From positions 186,001 to 250,000 of the forward strand of contig QPMI01000514.1 of NCBI GenBank assembly GCA_004431415.1: 64,000 nucleotides of DNA, in the 5' to 3' direction. Below are positions 10,901 to 23,392 of this stretch, piece after piece. This DNA comes from Cyanophora paradoxa CCMP329 (Eukaryota > Plantae > Glaucophyta). Position 1 is the first letter of the stretch. Each line of letters begins with the position of its first letter. The position numbers and the translations under genes were made by a program. The notes under the pieces are model-generated. The model was not told the DNA's origin, did not search any database, and saw only the letters and a list, made by a program, of their open reading frames with translations.

Positions 10901-13900
10901 GCCGTGCGAGGGCTCGGGGGAGGCACGCCGGCCCCGGCCCCCGGTTCGATACGGCACCTGCGCCTCGTCAAGGGAGCGGGCGGCCGAGGCGGCGAGGGCC
11001 CCGCCAGCGCCCCCTGCGCCCGCGCCGCCTCCCCGCGCCCCGGCCCCTCCCTGCGGAGACGTCGGGGGCGGGCGGCTGGGGGGCGCTGCGGGGCGGACCG
11101 CTGGAGGGCGAGGGCGAGGGCGCGCCGCAGGTGCTCCACCGCCCGCTCCACGTCCCCCGCCTGCCCCCGAGCGGCGCCCCCGGGCTCAACGCAGGCCCCC
11201 GCAGCAAGCGGGCCTCTCAGCCTCTTGGGGGCGTGCGGGGCGAGGGCGCACGCGGCTGCGGAGGAGGAGCGCCCCGCCGGTCGTCTCCAGCGCCGCCCCG
11301 AGGCGCGCCCCCGCCCCGCCCTCCGCCCGCTCCTGCCCCGTCGGGGAGGGCGGGCGTCGCATGCATTCGAGGCAGGGCGGGCGGGGGCGGGCTCGCCAGG
11401 ACCGGGAGGAGGCGCTCGCATATCTCCACCGCCCGCTCCGCCTCCCCGGCCTCCCTGCGCCGGCGTCGGCCCCGGAAGAGAGGTCTCTTGTAGGCGCGGG
11501 GGCGCCGGGCTGCGCTCTGGGCGGGCCTCACCGTAGGGCGTCGGCGAGGGCGAGGGCGGCGTCGAGGGAGGCGGCGTGCGCGGGGCCCAGCCACGCCTCC
11601 CGGATCGCCAGGCACCGCCCCAGCCTGCCCGAGCGATCAGACTCCCGAGAGCGAACCATAGGAAGCGCTGCAGGGTAATGCTTTCTCGCTCTTTCGTCAG
11701 CGCAGCCGCGGGATAGAACTAGAGGGCGGGGGGAGGCGAGGGGGCACGCGGGGAGGGCGTCGCGGGGGCGGGCGAGGGCGCGGAGGCAGCGGGCGAGGCC
11801 GGCGAGGCACTCCGCCACCTGCGCGGGGGCCGGCGCCTGAGGCGAAGAGGCGCCGGGGCGGGGCGAGCGAGCACTGCCGGCGCGCGCGCGGGCGGGCCTG
11901 GAGGTGCCTGGGCCCGAGGAGGCGCTCGCGGAGGGCGAGGCAGCGCAGGTGCGCCTCGGCCGCCTCCGCCGCCCGCCCCGCCCAGCTCGCACTGCCCGCC
12001 CGCCCCGAGATCAGAGGGGCGCGCGGGCGGGGGAGGCCGGGGCGCACGTGGCCCTGCGGAGGGCGACGGAGGCGGCGAGGGCGGCGGCGCGGGGCCCGCT
12101 GAGCCCTCCAGCAACCCCTCCGCCTCCTCGAGCTGGCGCGGATCCGGAGGGCGCGTCAGGCGCGGTGCCTTGCGCGCAGGGGCGGCTGCGGCGGGGCGGC
12201 GGGGCGCACGGAGGCGAGGGCGGCGGCGGTGTCGTCGGCGGCGGCGAGGGCGGCCCCCGCCCCTCCAGCGCCCCGCGAGGCGCTCGTCTTCCCCGGCGCC
12301 CCTGCCCGCCCCGCCCCGCTCAGGCAGGCCTTTTTACGCTCAGCGGGCCGGGGGCGGACGAGGCGCGGAGGAGGGCCTGGGCGAGGCGGAAGAGGTCGAA
12401 GGCCTCCTGCGGGGCCTCGCTTTGAGCTCCATGGAGGGGCGGAGGGGGCGGGGGTCGCGCGGGCGGGCCTGGGGCCGGCCCCGGCGGCGGCGAGCTCGGC
12501 GAGCTCCATCGTCGCCTCGGCCGCCCGCCCGGGCTCCCGCCCTGCCCCGGCCCCGCCCCGAGCCCGTGAGCGAGGCGCGGCGCGAGGCGGGGCGCGGGGC
12601 GGCGGACGGCGGCGAATGCGTCGCGGGCGCGCTCGAGCAGCTCCCGCGCCGCCGCCGCGTCGCCCAGCCGCCGCCACGCGAACCGCCCCGCCGCCTGCGT
12701 GCGACGCCCGAGCTCAGAGGGATCGGAGCCCCGCGGGCGCTCGAGCACGCTCGCCTGCAGGCCGGCGCCCTCCTCGAAGCTGCAGACAGAAGCCGTCAGA
12801 AGAGGTGCGGGGGGCCGCGGGCGGCGCACCGCTCGAAGGCGTCGCGGAGGAGGGCGGCCGGCGAGGCCGGCGGGGCGGCCGGGGGCGCCCCGCCCCGCGC
12901 CTCCTCCCACATCGCCGCGAGCTCCTCCGCGTCTCCCTCTGGCCGGCGGAGAGAGTTATAGACAGTTTGATGTTAGGTCGATTAGAACGAGCGATGTGGT
13001 CGCTTCGGAGCAGGGGCGGGGCGGCGGGGCGCACGGGCGGCGTGGAGGAATGTGTCGGGGTGGGCGAGGCGGGCGGCGAGGCGGGGGCGCTCCCCGAGGC
13101 GCGCCAGCTGCCAGGGCACCTCCCCCCACCTGGCCGGGGGGGGGGTTGAGAGGGAGAGGAGATGCCCGCGTGCCCTGGAGGCGAGGAGGCGCGCGCGCGT
13201 ACCCCAGCGGGCCGGCGGGCTCCCCCTCGAAGAACGCGACCAGCCGCCCGCGGGCCGCCGCGAGGCCCCCGGGGTACACCCGCGGCCGCACCCCCGAGAT
13301 CTGAGAGAGGCGTGAGGCGAGTGTGGGAGAAAGAAAGGACTTCGCGGCTAAGCTCGAGCTAAAGCGCGCGCTCTAGCCATGCGCGCGCACGTCGCCGTGG
13401 TAGGAGCGCTCGCCGGAGCGCCGGCCCGAGGCCGAGGCCGACCCCAAGGCCGCCGGCGGCGGCGCGAGGTACCGCTCGTCCACTGCCCGGCGCCCTCAGC
13501 GAGAGCAAGGCGCAAGGGAAGAAGAAAGCGGGTGGGGGGCGGGGCGGGGCACGGGCGGCGGGGAGGGCGGGGTGGGCGAGGGAGAGGAGGCCCCCGGACT
13601 CGAGGAGGAGTGCGCCGGCGTCCCCGCGGAAGGCCGCCCTGCACGGCCCCCCTCAGGAGAGGAAGGAGAAGAGGAAGAAGCCGGCAAGGTAAGAATGCCG
13701 CTTCTCTGGCGTCTCCCGGCTGGCTAGAGGGGGAGGGGCGGGGGCGGGGGCACCAGCCGGGGGCGGGAAAACCGGCGAGGCGCGCCAGCTCGTGCTCCGG
13801 GAGGCCCCTGCTCCCCGCCCCGCGCGCTCAGAGGCCGCGAGACGGAGGGACAGGGCGGGCCCTCTATCAACGCTGTCCGAAGGCGGGGGCGGGGCGGGGG

Positions 13901-16900
13901 CGGGGCGGACCGGCGGGAGGCGCGGAGGAGGACGAGGGCGGCGCGCACGGGCTCGGGACCGTGCTCCTCCTCCAGCCGGCCCAGCACCTGCCCCGCGAGC
14001 CGTCGTCAATACAGGAATGAGCGAGCCATCACGAGCGGTTCACTAGGCGTGCGCTAGTGAAGAAGCCAGACGAATTTGAATCAGTTTAGAGGAGATTGGA
14101 ATTGGACAGGGAGTTTGAGGGAGTTTGAGGACAGGGCCTCGGAGAAGCTCGAAGAGGCGTGAAGAAGAAGCGCGCGCACCCGCTGGAGGAGCTCGGGGGC
14201 GTCGCGGGCGGCGAGGGCCCCCGCCAGCCGCCCCTCCGCCTCCTCCGGGCCCGCCGCCCCCCGCACCTCCTGCCCCGGCCCCGCTTCAGGCGTGCGGCGG
14301 ATGCGAGCTCGGGTGCGGGGGGGGCGGGCCTCGAGGAGGAGGCGGAGGAAGAGCGGGCTTCGCGCCCCCGCCGCCCCCGCCACGCGCCACGCCTGCACGA
14401 GAGCGAGCAAGCGAGTGGGCGAGGGAAGCGGAGCGGGGGCGGCCCGAGCTCGCTCGCCTGCTCCTCCCCCAGCGGCGACCCCAGCCCCGCGGAGAGCTGC
14501 GCCCCGCGTTCCCCCCTCAAGGTCAGGCGGGGGGCAGGGCGGACGCAGGCGGCCGCGGGATGCCCTCCTGGCGCGCCTTCTCGGCGAGCGCCCGCGTCTC
14601 GCGCTCGGTTAGGGGGCCCACGCCCACCTCCGTCGCGCCCCGCCCCTGTGTGGAATGTGAGGGGTACATAAGCCGGAGCTCGCGCGCGCGAGAGAGAGGG
14701 TACGACGCACCCGGAGGGTCTGGAGGGGTACGGAATCCGAGGTCGAGAGAGACGCCAGGATGCAGAGCCCGGGGGGTAGCGGGTCCGGGAGCCACGGGAG
14801 TTCCTGGGAGCCTGCAGGCTCATCCTCCAGCTGCGGGGGTGCGCGGACGTTGAAAGGAAGTCTCGAAACAGCGCCGGCGGGATCCGAACCAGGTCCAGCG
14901 AGTCCAGGATCAGGACCGCCCTCCCGCCGGCTGCGGGCTCGCGGATCAGGGGGGCGGGGGCGCGTGGGGGCGCACAGGCGCAGGTGGAGGCGTACCCGCC
15001 GAGGCCGCCTCGGCAAGTTCCCGAAGGAACTGCGGCAGGGCGCTGCGCGGGGCGGGGGTACACGCAAACCCAGAAGGGACGGGGTACACTATCAGGCGCG
15101 GCGACCGGGGGGAATGATGCAGAAGGGGGGAAAGGGGATGTGGACCTGAGTGCGGTGCGGCCGTCCTCCCCGTTCGGCACGTACCCCGCCAGGGAGGGGT
15201 ACGCCGCCGCGGCCTCCGCGAGAAGCCTGCAGTGAAGTCACGTCAAGCGCAACGGCTGCAGTCCACCTTGAGGCCTATTGGTAGATATAGGGCGGACCGG
15301 GAGGCGAGGCGGCGGGGGTACGCGGCCTCGGAGGCGAGCGCGAGAAAGTGGGAGAACACGAAGTCGCGGGGGCGCCCCGCCCGCCGCGCCAGCCCCCAGC
15401 CGGAGAGCAACTCTGCCCCGGCCCCGCGCCCCGGCGTCAAACGGCGGCAATCGTCCCGGAAGACTTCGCCGATAGAAGCTTAGACGAAGAAAGAAAAAGC
15501 GTTAGCCGTCTTCGAGTCTTAAAGATGGCGCGGGGCTGGCGCCGTGCTCAAACCTTGCTAATCGGCCCTCACCCTAGGCCTCTAGCGCCTCTACCCCGGC
15601 CTCGAACCGCTCGGCCCCGGCGCGCACCGCCCCGGCCGGAGCCCGCCTCCCCCAGCACGGCGGCGATCGTTCCCCTTTCGCCGCAGCCGTCCACGCACGC
15701 CTCCAGCGCCGCCTCCAAGTCGGGCCGGGGTACGTGCCCCGCAGCCCGGGCCTGCGAGCCGGGCGGGGGCCGGGGGGTACGGGGCTCAGAAAGCTTCGGG
15801 TCGAGCCTGGGATGGAGAGGGGTACCGCGGCGTGCACTTCGTGGGCCTCCCGCTCGAGCTCGGCCTGGGAGGGTACCGGCCCCTCCGGAAAGTCCCGTTC
15901 AATCTGCGCCGCGGGTCAGTAAGGGGGGAAAATGATTTTTTGGGGTAGGAGGAGTAGGGGGGGTACGAGGGAGGAGAAGGTCTCGAAGACGCGGGCGCAG
16001 AGCTCGCTCGAGTCCTCGAAGTCCGGCCCGGCTGTACCCCTCTCAGAGTCCGGCAACGTCGGGGGGGAATGGAGCGGAAGGGGGTACGTTCGTAGCCCTC
16101 GTCGCGGATGCGGGCCTTGAGCGCTCGAAGGCAGTTCGACGCCTCGATCCCCTCGCTCTCGAGCCGCCGGCGCTCCCGCTCACCTGCGGCGCACGCTAAA
16201 AGAAGGACGAAGCGGGACAGAAGGGAAGGGTGGAACGCGTACCCCAGTTCGCGCGGGCGGCGGCGGCGGCGGCGGTCGATCGGAAGTAGAACCGCGTCCG
16301 CTCGCGGTCGGGGTACGCCCTCCGGAAGGCCGCGTGCTCCACCTCGAGCTGGATGGGGGGGGGGGGGGGGGGGGGGTAAGGGAGAGGGCAGTTTTAAGCG
16401 GGTTAATCCCGCCCGCTCGCCTCTGTGACGCTGGCGTCGCGCTGCTCCATGACCCAGGGGTACCCCGACGCCGCCGCCCGTTCGAACGCAGCCTCCAGGA
16501 TCTGGGGGTACGCGGTTCAGTGAGGCGGGACAGGGGGGAGAAGCAGCGGGGGGTACGCACGTGGTCGACGGGCTCATCGGAGGGCTGGTGCCACCCGTAC
16601 GCCTCTCTTCGGGAAAGGTTACGCGCCTAAAGGCTGGGTGAAGGAGGCGCGCATGTGTACCCCAGGAGGCAGAGGAAGTAGGGACGGCAGCGGTCGATCT
16701 CGCGCAGGGCGAGCGCGAGGTCCTGCGGGGGGCGCACGTCGCGATCGGGCGGCTCGCAATGCGGGGAATGTGCCTATTTCGCTTTGCGCGATCCCCTGCG
16801 GGCCACGGCGAGAAGGGCGCACCCGCTCCGACTTCGGCTGGTCCGAAGGGACGTCTGCGCGAGGCCGGACCGGGGCCTCAGCTCATCCACCCGACGGGGC

Positions 16901-17318
16901 GCGGGGCGCGGGGCGGGGCCGGCGGGCGGGGGGCGGCACCGGCGCGGAGGTCGACGGGGGCGAAGAGGAGGCCGCGGGCCTCGCAGAGGCGGCGCAGGCG
17001 CGGGAAGACGAGCCGCGCCAGCGCCGCCCGCTCCTCCGCGAATTCCGACCCGCTTCCGCCCGGCCCAATGTACAGCCGGAGCTAGCGCCGGGGCGGAGCG
17101 GTAGCTGGTCAGTACTAGTACTAGTCCGGATCCGCGCTCCCTATCGAGTCGGCTTCGGCGGATCGGCGCACCACGCGGGAGTCTCGGATGCGCTTCAGGT
17201 ACTCTTCCGGCGGGGCGTCGTCCGCCGCTGCCGCCCCCGCGCCGCGCCCGGGGCTCCCGCTTTCCGAGCCGGACGAGTCCGGATCCGCGTACCGGCCACC
17301 CCCACCGGCCCGCGTCAT
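7980..17318 (-). CDS. Degenerate DUF4062-NACHT-TPR protein (NPHP3/TEP1/NWD-like) with a low-complexity linker and helical C-terminal domain; 7980-~10400 could be a separate gene
   Basis: EFAEERAALARLVFPRLRRLCEARGLLFAPVDLRA and GYPWVMEQRDASVTE|LEVEHAAF (DUF4062-type); P-loop region VLGEAGSGRG|ELLSGW...DFVFSHF; Walker B-like LILDSLD and ELPWLPDPLPPG; kinesin-light-chain-type TPRs (LALRERLLGPRHLQ|VAECLAGLA, REALGPAHPETLHALRALA); last exon ...DYGRRVRNDLARVAAAG...SRR*. Confidence 0.72.
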
Positions 17319-18051
17319 CGGTGACGTGCAAGCGAACTCGCAGAGTTGCAGCCTTCTTGGCGAGGCTCGCGCCGAGCCCGCTCAGGCACAGCCGGCGGAA
17401 GTCCGCGATTCGCAGTGCGCAGGGCCGCTGACTGGCCTCCGAGCTCTCATCTCGCCTGATCCATTACAGGGAAGCCATCGCGGCTGTCCCGGCTGTTCGC
17501 AACAAGCTGCCAACGCTCTGCTCAGTGTACGACTGTACCCCCCGGTCAGCAAGCTGGGCCCAGCTGGCTCAGCTCTGGCCCAGCCAGCACACTTGTGTAT
17601 ACGTAGCGCGCAGCTGCCACAGGTAGGCTCCGATCACGCGATCTCGGAAAGTCGTATCGCACTGGTACCGCGGCTTGCGGCGAGCGGGGCGCTTGCGAGC
17701 GCGACGAACGGGAGCAGAGGGGATAGAGTGCCCTGCAGTGGCTTTTGAACGTCGTAGAAGCGCTGGAGACGAGCGTGCGTCGTAGCCCGGGCGGAGACGA
17801 GCTCGGGAGACGAGCGCGCGCGCGCGCTCGCGCGCGCGCTCGACGGGCGAGGTTGACGGCGCAATTGTAAGAGAGAAGCGGTGCGAACCGCAGTCTGCGC
17901 GGTCCGATGGACTTGCCTCCCATTTCGCCATATGCATGGCCGGCCGCGCGCGGCCGCGCGCGCCTATGCGCGGGCCGCGCGCGTGCACGCGCCTATAGCT
18001 AACTCGTACTCGCCGCGCCGTGCTGCAGCTGCGGCTGGGGGTCGGGGGGCA

Positions 18052-21000
18052 ATGGACGAGCTCGAGGCGGAGGTACCGGTGCACGTGGAGCTACGGCGGC
18101 GCGGCCGGCGGGGCCAGCCGAGCATCGAGCGCGACTCGCCGTCCGACGACGAGCGCGAGCGCGAGGCATGCGCAGCTGCAGCCGCGGCTGCGGGTACCGC
18201 TGGTCCTGAGATCGAGGCCGCGGCCGCGGCCGTGGCCAGGGCGCCGGCCGCGGCCGCGGCGCCGGCGCTGGCGGATTCGGCCACGGGCGTCGCGAACGAG
18301 GAGGGCGCTGGCGCCGGCCATGGCCAGAGCTTGAGCTTTAGCCCTGCAGCTGGAGCCCGCGACCGCGAACGCGAGTACGTCGACTCGGGGGTCGAGTCCG
18401 AAGAGGCGCGCCCTCTCTCTCTCTCCCTTCGTTGCTCCCTCAGCGCTCGGTTTCTAAGGGTCCCGCGCAGCGCTCGTCGGGCGAGGATGCCGGCCCCTCG
18501 ACCTCACGGAGGCGCAGCCGGGCGAAGCGCGGGAGAGGAGCGGCGAGGCCGCCGCGTGCACGCGGAGCTCCCGCGGCCGCCCAAGCGGCGAGGCGAGGAG
18601 CTCGAGCGGCGAGCTCGAGCTCGAGTCGGACAGCGACCGCGCGGGGCGGCCCCGGCCCTTCGAATTCTGGCCGCACAACGTTGGCCGCGGCTCCGGCTCC
18701 CAGCGGTCCGCACGCCGAGTGGGGCCCTGGCCGGCGCTGACTTCAACGCTTCCACATGCGTGTTCGTCTTTCCGCAGGATTTTTGGGCGTGTATCCGCAC
18801 TATGGGAGATTCCATTACTGCTTTACCTGGTGTTCTAAGCGCTTCCGCTCCGGGGATGTGTCGAAAGTGAAGGTGCGGCGCGGTGGCCCTCTGGCTTTTC
18901 TGCGAGTCGATCTCCGCAGGCTCTCACGCCAGACCGTCGGACGCAGATCGCGCGCACGCTTCCCACTGCGGAAGTCAGCCTTCTGCTTGCCCTTCGACGT
19001 CGCTCCCCTCCCGGCCCCTCCGCTGATTATGACCGTCTGCTCGCAGGAAGCGGCGCGCGCCCGCGATCGGATGATCATAGCTTGCAAAGGATCCGCACCG
19101 TCACCGCAGGGATTTACCCTGAACTTCCCCTTGTCTGGTGCGGCCCGGCCCGGCCCCAGTAGCTCGGAGAAGTCTTGACTCTAGCCTCCCTGCAGAGTAC
19201 CAAGGGGAGAGCTGGTACAGGGCCCTCTTCCTGAGCGAGCACCCGCCCGCCGTCGGCGTGCACGACGAGAGCGAAGACGCGAAGGCCGCGGCAGAGCGCC
19301 TGCACGCGTTCATGGAAGAGCACGGCATGGCCAGGCCCGTGTCTTACGCCTCCGAGCGCGGTGCGCCGAAGCCTGTACATGTTCAATGCGGGCTAGCGCT
19401 TGCACTTCGCTGTATCGCGTTCCGACTGCTCTGCGGCGCACGCGCAGCTGCGGCTTTCTCTGGAGTCACCTATTTCGGAAACAGATTCAGGGTGAGCCTA
19501 TCGTGGAAACGCAAGTCCTTTCAAGTACGACGTTCTTTTTAATGCAATGCATCGCTCATGAACATCGGTATTTCGCGCTGATTCTTAACGATTGCGGTCA
19601 CGTAGTCCGTGTTTCAGTTCGACAGTGTCGAGGTTCAGTATTCTCTTTCTGTCTCCGATCATGAGGAATGCGCCAATTGCAAGCTGAAGGCGCTCCGTGC
19701 CAGACCTGCGCGGTGTGGCGGGATCGCTTCCTCATCGCCTGCTACGGCAAGGACGAGGCGCAGTCTCGCGGGCTGAACTTTCCAGTCACCGGTCCATGTC
19801 GTAATTCAGGATCCAGTGCTAAACGGGACGTTCACTTCGCGCGTCTGACTTCCTCGACAGAGTACGAGGGCGAGGCGTGGTTCCGGGACTTGTTTCCCGC
19901 CGGCGGTGTCCGCCCGCCGCCCGTCGGCCTGCACGACACCCGTGCCGATGCAGCCGCCTCGTTCAAAAGCCTGCGGGAATTCATGGAGCAGCACGGGCTC
20001 GTTCTCCCGCCCTGGGTGTGATTCAAGGCGCTCTCGCGTCTTTTTCGCCCTTTGTCTGACTTCCGCGCTCATGATCAGCTGCCCGGTGCCTTCCGTATCA
20101 AAGTCGCAAAGATCTCCACGCGCAATGCAGACACCGGTTCGCGATCGTACCCCTAGGCCTGCAAGCATGACTCGCTGATCGCGAATCGAGCTCGCTGCTC
20201 CCTGCATGATCGTGATCATGAATGACTTCGCGCTGGCGCTGATGGTGAGCTTTCATTTTCGTTCGCAGGGCTGTTTGGTGTGAGCCAATCGTCTGCGACG
20301 CGTTTCATGGCCCTGTTTCATTGGAAGGACAAGCAGGTGCCGCCGCTCTAAATCTCTTCTAGCGCTAGCGCTAGCCGATCGCGATCTGGCACGCAAGCCT
20401 CGCAACCGATCGCCTCACCCGTGATCGATCGCGCAGTTCCATCTTCCCTACACCTCGGCCGAGGCAATCCGATTGCAATTGCCTTTTCCAAAGCAAACAC
20501 GAGTGCTGTGCCCGTGCTGATGGCGTGCGCGTGCGCGCGGGCAGGAGGCGGCGCTGGTGCGGGACCGGCTCCTCATCGCCGGCGTCGGGCCGGTGTACGC
20601 GCAAGTTCGGCAGCTCAACCACCCCTTGTCGAGTGCGAGCGGGGGCCGCTGCGCGAGGCGCCCCGCGCTGACGGGGGCCGCAGGGTACGAGGGGGAGAGC
20701 TGGTACGCGGCGCTCTTCCGCAGCGCCTCGCCGCCGGCGGTGGGCGTGCACGACGCGGACGGGGACCCCGAGGCGGCGATGTGGCGCCTCAAGGCCTTCC
20801 TGGAGGAGCACGCCGCCATGGGCTCCGTGCGCGCGCGCCTGACGGCTGCTGCCGCCGCCACCGGCGTCGAGTCGCGCCGAGTCGCGCCGTCGACGTCGTT
20901 CTAGATCTGTGATCATGATTCTCGCGATCGGCAGATCGCGCCGAGCGGGAGGCGCCCGAGAGTGCCGCAGCTGCTGGACTCTGGCGACGATCGCGAAGGG

Positions 21001-22994
21001 CGCGCTGCGCCCCCCCGCGATCCGCATACATATGCCCACGGCCGGCTGCCGCCTCCCAAGTCGGGTGCGCAGTCAACGTTGCAGCATCGACACCGCTCGA
21101 TGGCGATCCGTCATCGAGGTCGAGGTCGACGCGCCGGGGCGCGCAGGGTTCTACGGGGTGCGCTCGAACGAGAAGGGCCGGGACGAGAACCGGCGGCACC
21201 GCTTCGCGCCCGTCTCCGCCTACCTCAGGTGGCCCCGCCGCGCCGTCCGGGTGCGGGCTGTGTGTGTCCGCCGGCCTGGCCTTCGCTTAAAATTAAACTG
21301 TAATCAAGTTGTACCTAGCTGAACCTTCTGCATCGCAGTTCCGCAGGCTCATAGCGGACGGCGACCTCGAGGTCCGATCTCCTCTCAGTGTGGTTCCTTT
21401 ACGCTTCTGCGGGCCGATCGATATCGGTTATCAGGAGGGCGCCCGCTGGCACGACCGCTACGCCATCGCGTGCTTCGGGCCGGCCCACGGCCGCCTCAAC
21501 TTCCCCGCCTCGAGTGCTCCCACCCCCCGCCCCCTCCCCCCTTGTTCTACTCCGCCCGGGGCCGACGCCGTCGGCGTGCAGGCTACCGGGGGGAGGGCTG
21601 GTTCGCGGCCCTGTTCGAGAGCGAGGAGCCGCCGGCGGTCGGCGTGCGCGACGCCGGCGGGGACGCCGGCGAGGCCATCGCCCGCCTGCAGGTCCCGCCT
21701 CTGCTCGCTTCCCTCCGAGCCGTGTTGGGACCTGACGAGGCGCCGCGCGCGGCAGGCCTTCATGGAGGAGCACGGCGTCCCCCGGCCCGACGTGGTCCGA
21801 CCCTCCTCTGTTTCTCGCAGCCGGCAGACTCCGAGAGTGGGCGTGTCTGACGAACTCCCTCCCGGTCCAGGTCTCCCGATCGTTTGCCGCCGCCGGCGCC
21901 GCGCTCGAGGAGGAAGGGGAGGGGCAAGGCGCCTCGAGCTCGCGGTCGCCGGCGCCGGCCGTGCCGTTCGCGACGGCGCCCGGCGCCCGCCCGCTCCGAG
22001 CGGCCGCCAAGCGACGCCGCTGGAGCTCCAAAGCGGGCGGCGCCGGCGCGCGGGGCGGGACGCGAGCTCGGCGGGGCCAGCGGCCGCGCGCGGAGCGGGG
22101 CGTCGGCGGCGCCGCGTCCTCGTCCTCCTCCTCCCTGTCGTCCCCCGAGGACGAGTGGGACTGGGGCAGCTCAGACGAGACGTCGGAGGAGGAGGAGGGG
22201 GATCGATGGGTCGAGGGGGCGGACGAGGGCGAGGGCGCGGGGGAGGGCGAAGCGGCGGCGGCCGGCGTCCCCGCGGGTGCGTGCGCGCGCGGGGTCCGAA
22301 CTGGAGCCCAGCCCGAGGCCCGCTAACCGCCCCTTCAGGGCCGTCAGATGCGTACCGGAAGCTGCACCTGCGCCGGCGGCCGCCGAAGCGCCCCCGGCCC
22401 GCGTACTTCGAGGACGAGAGCGGGTCCGGATCCGAGGAGCTCGAGGAGGGCGGCGGATCCACGTCGGGAGGCCCGGAGCCCGCGGCGTCGATCGCGAGCT
22501 CGGGCGGGGCGGTGGGGGCAGAGGCGGCCTTTCCCCCGCCCGGCCAGTGGCTGTGGGCGCCCCCCTTCGAGGCCGGCCCCTCTGCCGAGCCTGGTTCGCC
22601 CCCGGAGGCCCCGCCGTGGCCTGCAGCTGCAGTTTCGGCACCCCTCCTGCGCATGCCGTCCGCTGCCCAGCCCGGTCCCGAGTCCGGCCGCGGCCTCCCG
22701 CCCGGGGCTCCGGATCCGGCCCCCGCCCCGGCTGCTTCGGGCTCCGCGCCAGATGCTTCGGACTTAGCGCTAGGTGCAGACGCCGGGGCGCCGTCGAGCT
22801 GGGAGCACGGGCGTGCTTCGGTCCCGGCTGCTCCGGGCTCGGCGGCAGACGCGGGGGCCGTTTCGGGGCCCGAGCCCGGGCCCGAGCCCGAGGAGGAGGC
22901 CGACGAGGTGGTCGTGGAGATCGACGACGACGAATTCGAAGCGGGCTGCGGAGGGCCGGGGCCCGCCAGCGTAAAGCCAGCCGCGGCTGCTTGA
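18052..22994 (+). CDS. Putative transcription factor with four tandem divergent AP2-like domains and an acidic/Pro-rich tail
   Basis: Four repeats (~18778-19340, 19453-20015, 20268-20826, 21146-21795) of GFxGV...W...EEAARxRDRhhIACxG...LNFPxSxY, matching the AP2 pattern YRGV...W...EEAARAYDxAAxxxxG...LNFP; basic NLS-like RRRPPKRPRP; acidic C-terminus. Confidence 0.75.
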
Positions 22995-23392
22995 ATAATT
23001 TGAAGCTTAATTACAAGGGTACCGGTCTACTAGGCTAGCTGCAGCCTGGGCAGTTAATTGTAATTCTAACATGGCATGTTTATATGAACCAGCTGCAGCT
23101 GCAGTTCCGAAGTTCGCTTTTTTAATTTACAGTTAGATCCAGATGGCAGCTGCAGCGGCGGAAAGTATTTTTTAACAGTCAGATTCATATATGGCAGTGA
23201 GGGCAATTAAATATTAGCTATTGGCAGTGGCGGCAATACGCTATCGATCCTTGCAAAGTCTCTCCAAATCAAATATCATGATCAATTGCAAGGCGCAACG
23301 TACAAGGTCGTCGGGGCTGGGACTAAGGAACTAGCTATAGCTAGCATGCGCATACCTAAAGGACCGACATCGTCGAGGGAAGAAGCTACTGC

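Noticed and set aside
17810-17990. CG-alternating palindromic tracts (Z-DNA or hairpin) upstream of the AP2-like gene
   Set aside because: CGCG runs are common throughout this window, so this one is not distinguishable from background.
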